Positions 59,194-64,000 of a stretch of 64,000 nucleotides of DNA are shown here, piece by piece. The stretch is from positions 462,199 to 526,198 of the forward strand of contig CP070993.1 in assembly GCA_017134395.1 (NCBI GenBank). The letters run 5' to 3'. Source of the DNA: Candidatus Kaiserbacteria bacterium. GTDB lineage: Bacteria; Patescibacteriota; Minisyncoccia; Phycocordibacterales; UBA2100. The translations under genes and the position numbers were made by a program. Positions within the stretch are counted from its first letter, which is position 1. Each line of letters begins with the position of its first letter. The notes under the pieces are model-generated. The model was not told the origin of the DNA. It did no database searches and saw only the letters and a list, made by a program, of their open reading frames with translations.

Positions 59194-60255
59194 ATGACAA
59201 AAATATCAACCACAATGTGGCGTAACGCCGTGTTTCTTGTGGTCGTGATATCGATGGTTTTCCCAACCGGAGTACACGCGGGCTTCTTCAGTAATGTCTT
59301 CGCAGCGTTTTCTCCAACGCTTGCATACACTGCACACGCTACTTACAATTCACAAACTATTCCTCTCCCCCGTGCTGCTCAGAACATTGACCCGAATCCA
59401 TCAAAAGGTGGAGGAGATATAACAATCGTAAATGACTCAGCGCTTTTACCAGCATCTGGTCCAGCAGGTTCTCTTGCAGACGTTGACGAAGGCAGTTCTT
59501 ACAAAAATAACGGACAAATTAGTATTTACATTGTTCGCCCAGGAGACACTCTTGGTGACATTGCACAGATGTTTGACGTATCCATCAACACGATTCGATG
59601 GGGTAACGATATTGCACGTAGTGAAGCGATACAACCTGGGCAAGAGTTGGTAATTTTACCAGTGACTGGAATTAAATACACAGTAAAGAACGGAGGAACT
59701 TTGAAAGATATTATTGATAAGTACGGTGGCGACATAGAGGAAGCTGTTGAATATAATGGTTTCTCAGCAACGGAACATCTTGTTGCAGGTACGGAAGTGA
59801 TTATCCCAGATGGTGAATTAGCAGCGCCAAAAGCGGCTGCAAAAGTGGCACAAAGCCGCTATACAACAACAACCTCACGCCCACGCGGGACATCAAACGT
59901 ACCTAGCTACAGTGGTTTCTATATCCGACCAATCAATGGAGGAACTAAAACACAGGGTATACATGGATATAACGCAGTTGACCTTGCAGCACCTGCAGGA
60001 ACTCCAATTCTTGCTTCAGCAGCAGGAAAAGTAATTATCTCCAAGGGAAGTGGATGGAATGGAGGATATGGAAAATATATTGTTATCGAACATGCTAATG
60101 GTACACAGACACTGTACTCACACAATTCACGAAACCAAGTGTTCTCAGGACAGAGTGTCGTACAAGGACAAGTTATCGGGTATGTAGGTTCGACAGGACG
60201 TTCAACTGGATCACATGTTCACTTTGAGATACGTGGTGCGAAGAACCCATTCTAG
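59194..60255 (+). CDS. LysM + M23 peptidase
   Basis: YIVRPGDTL LysM domains; HGYNAVD, YSHN, HVHFE; start uncertain (59194 or 59215). Confidence 0.92.
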   Translation: MTKISTTMWRNAVFLVVVISMVFPTGVHAGFFSNVFAAFSPTLAYTAHATYNSQTIPLPRAAQNIDPNPSKGGGDITIVNDSALLPASGPAGSLADVDEGSSYKNNGQISIYIVRPGDTLGDIAQMFDVSINTIRWGNDIARSEAIQPGQELVILPVTGIKYTVKNGGTLKDIIDKYGGDIEEAVEYNGFSATEHLVAGTEVIIPDGELAAPKAAAKVAQSRYTTTTSRPRGTSNVPSYSGFYIRPINGGTKTQGIHGYNAVDLAAPAGTPILASAAGKVIISKGSGWNGGYGKYIVIEHANGTQTLYSHNSRNQVFSGQSVVQGQVIGYVGSTGRSTGSHVHFEIRGAKNPF

Positions 60256-60257
60256 TT

Positions 60258-60379
60258 AAAAGTTGGAAAACAAGCGCAGCACTTTGTTGTGTTACATAAA
60301 ATTGCAATCACTGTATGTTCAATACAGTTCTTTTAATTTTATGTACACGCCTCGTTCTGCATCTTGTTTTCCAACTTTT
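60258..60379. repeat. 122-bp nested inverted repeat
   Basis: 17-bp terminal inverted repeat aaaagttggaaaacaag/cttgttttccaactttt plus two inner stems. Confidence 0.75.
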
Positions 60380-60385
60380 TTCAGT

Positions 60386-60946
60386 CTAATTTTTTGTATT
60401 AGATATAATCCAAAAACCAGCCCTGTTTTTTACGCCATGTAATTCAATAGCTTTAATTAGTTTTGCAAGAGAAACAGTTCTTCGTGGATAAAATATATCA
60501 GAATCAAGTAACACTACTTGATCACCATTGATACTTTCAATGATATTTACGTGACCACAATTACCGCCTGAAGGATCAAGAGGAAGATTGTTAAAACACA
60601 CTAATATATCATTCTCTTTCTCTAGGTTTATTTTAATAAAATCTGCTACGTCTTGTATCGAGCTTAAAGTTCTATAGGTTTCAGTTAGGTGTATATTGTT
60701 TGTGCGGAAATAATTATTTATAGAGTATTTCTCTTTTTGCACTTGCGTTCCCCACCCAGACTTAGGGCGCGTATTCGATACTGTCGCACAAGCATATAAG
60801 GAACTTTTTTCTTCAGGCACTATTAAGCCAAGAGAACATGCAATATTTTCTTGAGCATCATGTTCAATATTACGCCTATCGAGTATCATTTCTATGCATG
60901 CCGCGGTGCAAAGATAGGGCCTTTGTTTAATAGGGTTGTACTCCAT
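60386..60946 (-). CDS. Peptidase C39-like protein
   Basis: Q....C..AC, GHV and LD motifs; start set at MEYNP. Confidence 0.7.
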   Translation of the reverse strand: MEYNPIKQRPYLCTAACIEMILDRRNIEHDAQENIACSLGLIVPEEKSSLYACATVSNTRPKSGWGTQVQKEKYSINNYFRTNNIHLTETYRTLSSIQDVADFIKINLEKENDILVCFNNLPLDPSGGNCGHVNIIESINGDQVVLLDSDIFYPRRTVSLAKLIKAIELHGVKNRAGFWIISNTKN

Positions 60947-60950
60947 ATTT

Positions 60951-61415
60951 TTATGTTTCAATTGTTTCGATATCTCCTTCAGGAACCTCGTATCTTTCAA
61001 TGAGAATATCTAAAATCTCTTTATCAATATGGTGAATGTTATCTTCTTCCTCATTTCTCTTCCCTATTCGCTCCAAAAGTGTTTGGTAGGGCGCTGTGAA
61101 ATACATTATTCTCGAAGGTACGCCGATGTGTTCAGCGATTTGTTTATATTTCTCCCGTTCTTTTTGCTTGTAAAATCCGTAATCGAGTATTACCGAAGTG
61201 CCAGCTGAGAGCAAGGATTGTATTTCAGGAAGAAGTTCATCTTTAGTTGCCTGCTCGCGAATTTCAAGATCAACGTGGTGGTCATCCCCGTAGCGCTTGT
61301 GCATTTCTGAATCAAGTGAGAATAGTTTCGCGTGAGTATCTACTGCGAGAGTTTTGGCATAAGTAGTTTTCCCTGTACCGGGTAATCCAGTGAATATAAA
61401 TAGTGTTGGTTGCAT
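60951..61415 (-). CDS. P-loop kinase (AAA_33 family)
   Basis: GLPGTGKTT, VILDYGF, RIGKR; start set at MQPTL. Confidence 0.85.
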   Translation of the reverse strand: MQPTLFIFTGLPGTGKTTYAKTLAVDTHAKLFSLDSEMHKRYGDDHHVDLEIREQATKDELLPEIQSLLSAGTSVILDYGFYKQKEREKYKQIAEHIGVPSRIMYFTAPYQTLLERIGKRNEEEDNIHHIDKEILDILIERYEVPEGDIETIET

Positions 61416-61416
61416 C

Positions 61417-61728
61417 TTACTTTTTAACAAACCTATCTTTGTCGCGTACTCGTAATTTATCGAGTGCTTTTTCAAATTCGATATCAAGGTCGATGTTATG
61501 GGAGTTAGCAAGGCATACGACAGTGAAGAGTACGTCAGCCAGTTCTTCGCCAAGTTGCTGCTCAGCCTCCTCTTTTTTCTTTGGCTTTAACCCATACATA
61601 TGGTTAAGAAGTCGTGCGACCTCCCCCACCTCTTCACTAAGGCGTGCAAATTGTGAAAGCGGCGGCCAGTACGGAGGCTCAAGTCCTTTCACGAGGTTGT
61701 CTACACTTTTTTGGGCATCTTTTAACAT
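61417..61728 (-). CDS. MazG-like nucleotide pyrophosphohydrolase (YpjD type)
   Basis: RLSEEVGEVAR, EELADVLF; start set at MLKDA. Confidence 0.92.
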   Translation of the reverse strand: MLKDAQKSVDNLVKGLEPPYWPPLSQFARLSEEVGEVARLLNHMYGLKPKKKEEAEQQLGEELADVLFTVVCLANSHNIDLDIEFEKALDKLRVRDKDRFVKK

Positions 61729-61780
61729 ACATACAGTATATAGAATCATTATAAAAAAAGAACGCCAGACAGCACGAATG

Positions 61781-62074
61781 CTATCTGACGCTTTCTGCAC
61801 GGCGTTTTCTTGTGGCAACAGACCTCTTGTTGAAGTAACGCATAGCAACCAAGAGATACCAGCGATACTGGAAGAAAATAAACGAATATTTTCTAACAGC
61901 TTTTTCTACGAGGGCCTTAAATGCGGAACCCGTTTCACCTTTGCGGTGACTGTAGACTTCGTTGATAATGAGCTCTGCTTTCCCAACGTCAATCGTACAC
62001 AGGTAGTCTCTCTCGACTTCGGCAACAGCCTCTTTGAAGTAACTGTCATTTGTGTTAACAGTGAATGTAGACAC
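61781..62074 (-). CDS. Hypothetical protein
   Basis: AGGAGGT Shine-Dalgarno before GTG; hairpin and T-run downstream. Confidence 0.6.
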   Translation of the reverse strand: MSTFTVNTNDSYFKEAVAEVERDYLCTIDVGKAELIINEVYSHRKGETGSAFKALVEKAVRKYSFIFFQYRWYLLVAMRYFNKRSVATRKRRAESVR

Positions 62075-62146
62075 AACGACCTCCTTTCTCCAAGTCTTTA
62101 AGGTACGACGCTAGTTTTGATTGTATACCCAGCACCTATCTAGTGT

Positions 62147-62190
62147 AAAGCCCAAGAATATATCAGTTAACTGATATATTCTTGGGCTTT
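62147..62190. repeat. 44-bp perfect palindrome sharing its core with 20443-20478
   Basis: aaagcccaagaatatatcagtt|aactgatatattcttgggcttt. Confidence 0.9.
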
Positions 62191-62197
62191 CTAAATT

Positions 62198-62215
62198 TTA
62201 GCGATTAGTCGCTAA
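62198..62215. repeat. Third (one-mismatch) copy of the TrpR-like-associated palindrome
   Basis: ttagcgattagtcgctaa. Confidence 0.8.
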
Positions 62216-62246
62216 TAAACTGCCAGAGTGCCAGCACTCTGGCGGT

Positions 62247-63776
62247 TTATCTCTCTTGTTTGGGTCGATATTGAAGTGCTTCAAGAATGTGAGTTTCGTT
62301 AATATTGGCGGACTTTTCAATGTCGGCAATGGTGCGAGCTAGTTTTATACAGCGATGGTACGCACGCGGTGAGAGATTCATTTTAGTTGCAGCGTTATTA
62401 AGAATATCAGCACACTCTTTTGAAAGTGGCGCATGGTGACTTAGTCCTGCTGGAGTCATGCCGCTGTTAAGACGTTTTGGTTTCTTGAAGCGTTTTAGTT
62501 GTATTGTTCTGGCGTCTGCAACTTTTTTGCGCGTAATATCGGATTCATTATTCTTTTTCGGTTTCTCTAATAGTTTACTGTGCTCTATTGCACCAACTTC
62601 AATCCACATATCTATACGGTCCATTATAGGTCCTGATAGCTTTTGCTGATACCGCTGGAGTGCAGCAGGTGCACACGTACATTTAGTGCTCCCGTAATAG
62701 CCACACGGACAAGGGTTAAGCGCTGCAATGAGAATAAAATCAGACGGAAACACAGCAGAACCTTTTGCACGCGTTATAGAAACCACTTTGTCTTCTAATG
62801 GTTGGCGCAGTGCATTAATGACCCGTTTATCGAATTCTGGGAACTCATCAAGGAAAAGGACGCCACGGTGAGCGAGCGTTATCTCCCCTGGGCGCGGTAT
62901 AGTGCCACCACCGACAAGCGAAACATAGCTTGCGGTGTGGTGAGGACTTCGTAATGGTGGGCGTTGTACAATAGTTTCTGTAAGAGTCCCAGCGATTGAG
63001 TGAATACTTGTTACTTCTAATGCTATGTCGTGAGGTAAATTAGGTAATAAGGAACAGAGCGCTTTTGCGAGCATTGTTTTACCAGTCCCAGGAGGACCGA
63101 AAAGAGCGATGTTATGACCACCTGCTGCTGCGATAGTAAGGCCACGCTTTGCATGGTCTTGGCCTCGTATAGACTCGAGATGATTTTCAGGTGTATACGG
63201 TACTGTGTGTGGTGAGTTGCTTAAAGGAGTTATTTCTTCTGTGCCACGTAAGTGAGAAACAATTTGAGAAAGTGTGGCTGTAGGGAAAACAGTAATACCC
63301 TCGATAAGCGCTGCTTCAGCTGCATTCTCTTCTGGTACAAAGACTGCATTAAAGCCTTCGCTTCGTGCTTTTTGTACCAGAGGCAATACGCCAGTTGTTG
63401 CTTTGATTTTTCCATCCAATGAAAGCTCACCAAAGAAAAGAAGTTTCTCGATTGATGCCTCCAGTTCCCCGCTTGCCAGTAGGTAGGCGATGGCAATTGG
63501 CACATCAAATAAAGGACCTTCTTTCTTTAAATCAGCTGGCGCAAGAGACACTACAATCTTCATGTTGTTGTGTTTTGGCGCTTTGAAACTAGAACTTTTT
63601 TCAAAGTCAGCATTTTTTAGTGCTGCACTTACTCTGTCGCGAGATTCTTCGACAGCTTTGTCGGGTAGTCCAACTACCGAGAACGCATGGAGACCTTTTG
63701 AGAGGTCAATTTCTATAGTAACGATATGTGCAGAAAGGAGTGATGTTTGCGCACTAAAAACTTGAGCAAAGGACAT
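62247..63776 (-). CDS. comM: ComM/YifB Mg-chelatase-like AAA+ ATPase
   Basis: VGLPD.AV.ESRDRV, GPPGTGKT, RSPHH, PGEITLAH, NPCPCG. Confidence 0.95.
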   Translation of the reverse strand: MSFAQVFSAQTSLLSAHIVTIEIDLSKGLHAFSVVGLPDKAVEESRDRVSAALKNADFEKSSSFKAPKHNNMKIVVSLAPADLKKEGPLFDVPIAIAYLLASGELEASIEKLLFFGELSLDGKIKATTGVLPLVQKARSEGFNAVFVPEENAAEAALIEGITVFPTATLSQIVSHLRGTEEITPLSNSPHTVPYTPENHLESIRGQDHAKRGLTIAAAGGHNIALFGPPGTGKTMLAKALCSLLPNLPHDIALEVTSIHSIAGTLTETIVQRPPLRSPHHTASYVSLVGGGTIPRPGEITLAHRGVLFLDEFPEFDKRVINALRQPLEDKVVSITRAKGSAVFPSDFILIAALNPCPCGYYGSTKCTCAPAALQRYQQKLSGPIMDRIDMWIEVGAIEHSKLLEKPKKNNESDITRKKVADARTIQLKRFKKPKRLNSGMTPAGLSHHAPLSKECADILNNAATKMNLSPRAYHRCIKLARTIADIEKSANINETHILEALQYRPKQER

Positions 63777-63843
63777 GGTATGAGTATACCGTATTCAAAA
63801 CTAAGAAAGAGCAGAGTGTTTAAAACTTAGAATATATACAACA

Positions 63844-63889
63844 AAAATGAACACCTCATCCGCCAGCTGGCGGATGAGGTGTTCATTTT
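63844..63889. repeat. 46-bp perfect palindrome, likely also a terminator
   Basis: aaaatgaacacctcatccgccag|ctggcggatgaggtgttcatttt. Confidence 0.9.
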
Positions 63890-63919
63890 GGCTTCAGTAA
63901 GCCCTGTTTAGTGACCAAT

Positions 63920-64000
63920 TTAGTCAGCGTGAGCAACACACGTTGCTGCAGCGGGGTTTGCTTCGAGGCGTGCGAGAGGGATTTTTTCACCACACTCGTT
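63920..64000 (-). CDS. C-terminus of a DksA/TraR zinc-finger protein (partial)
   Basis: NECGEKIPLARLEANPAAATCVAHAD*. Confidence 0.85.
   Translation of the reverse strand, partial: NECGEKIPLARLEANPAAATCVAHAD

Noticed and set aside
1-64000. CRISPR array, diversity-generating retroelement, retron or IS transposase
   Set aside because: No regularly spaced repeat-spacer units, reverse transcriptase or transposase motifs were seen.

Overview
Chromosomal window of a Patescibacteria/CPR (Parcubacteria-type) bacterium using the standard code; the taxonomy is inferred from gene content. It contains the replication-origin cluster (DciA-like, dnaN, dnaA, rpmH, rnpA, yidC, jag) next to a ~14 kb relaxase-less type IV secretion-like cluster. 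Also present: a CsoR-regulated copper/thiol operon, three tRNAs (Ser-TGA, Arg-GCG, Lys-TTT), dispersed ruvA/B/C, polA, holA, uvrD, comM, cell-wall genes, type IV pilus genes, an ECF sigma/DUF5667 pair and a block of secreted Cys-rich proteins including an M15 peptidase. The most unusual signals are non-coding: (1) all three tRNAs are followed by a related ~230-280 bp structured trailer carrying an antisense copy of the tRNA's own 3' part and a shared TACTTAGTGA motif; (2) a helically phased DnaA-box array ~5.5 kb from dnaA, in front of a tiny acidic protein; (3) a TrpR-like gene bracketed by an 18-bp palindrome that recurs 30 kb away, plus several loop-less perfect palindromes; (4) a ~200-nt structured RNA candidate divergent from ruvB; (5) pervasive leaderless-looking promoters. 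All calls were made by eye from motifs; no searches or folding programs were run.
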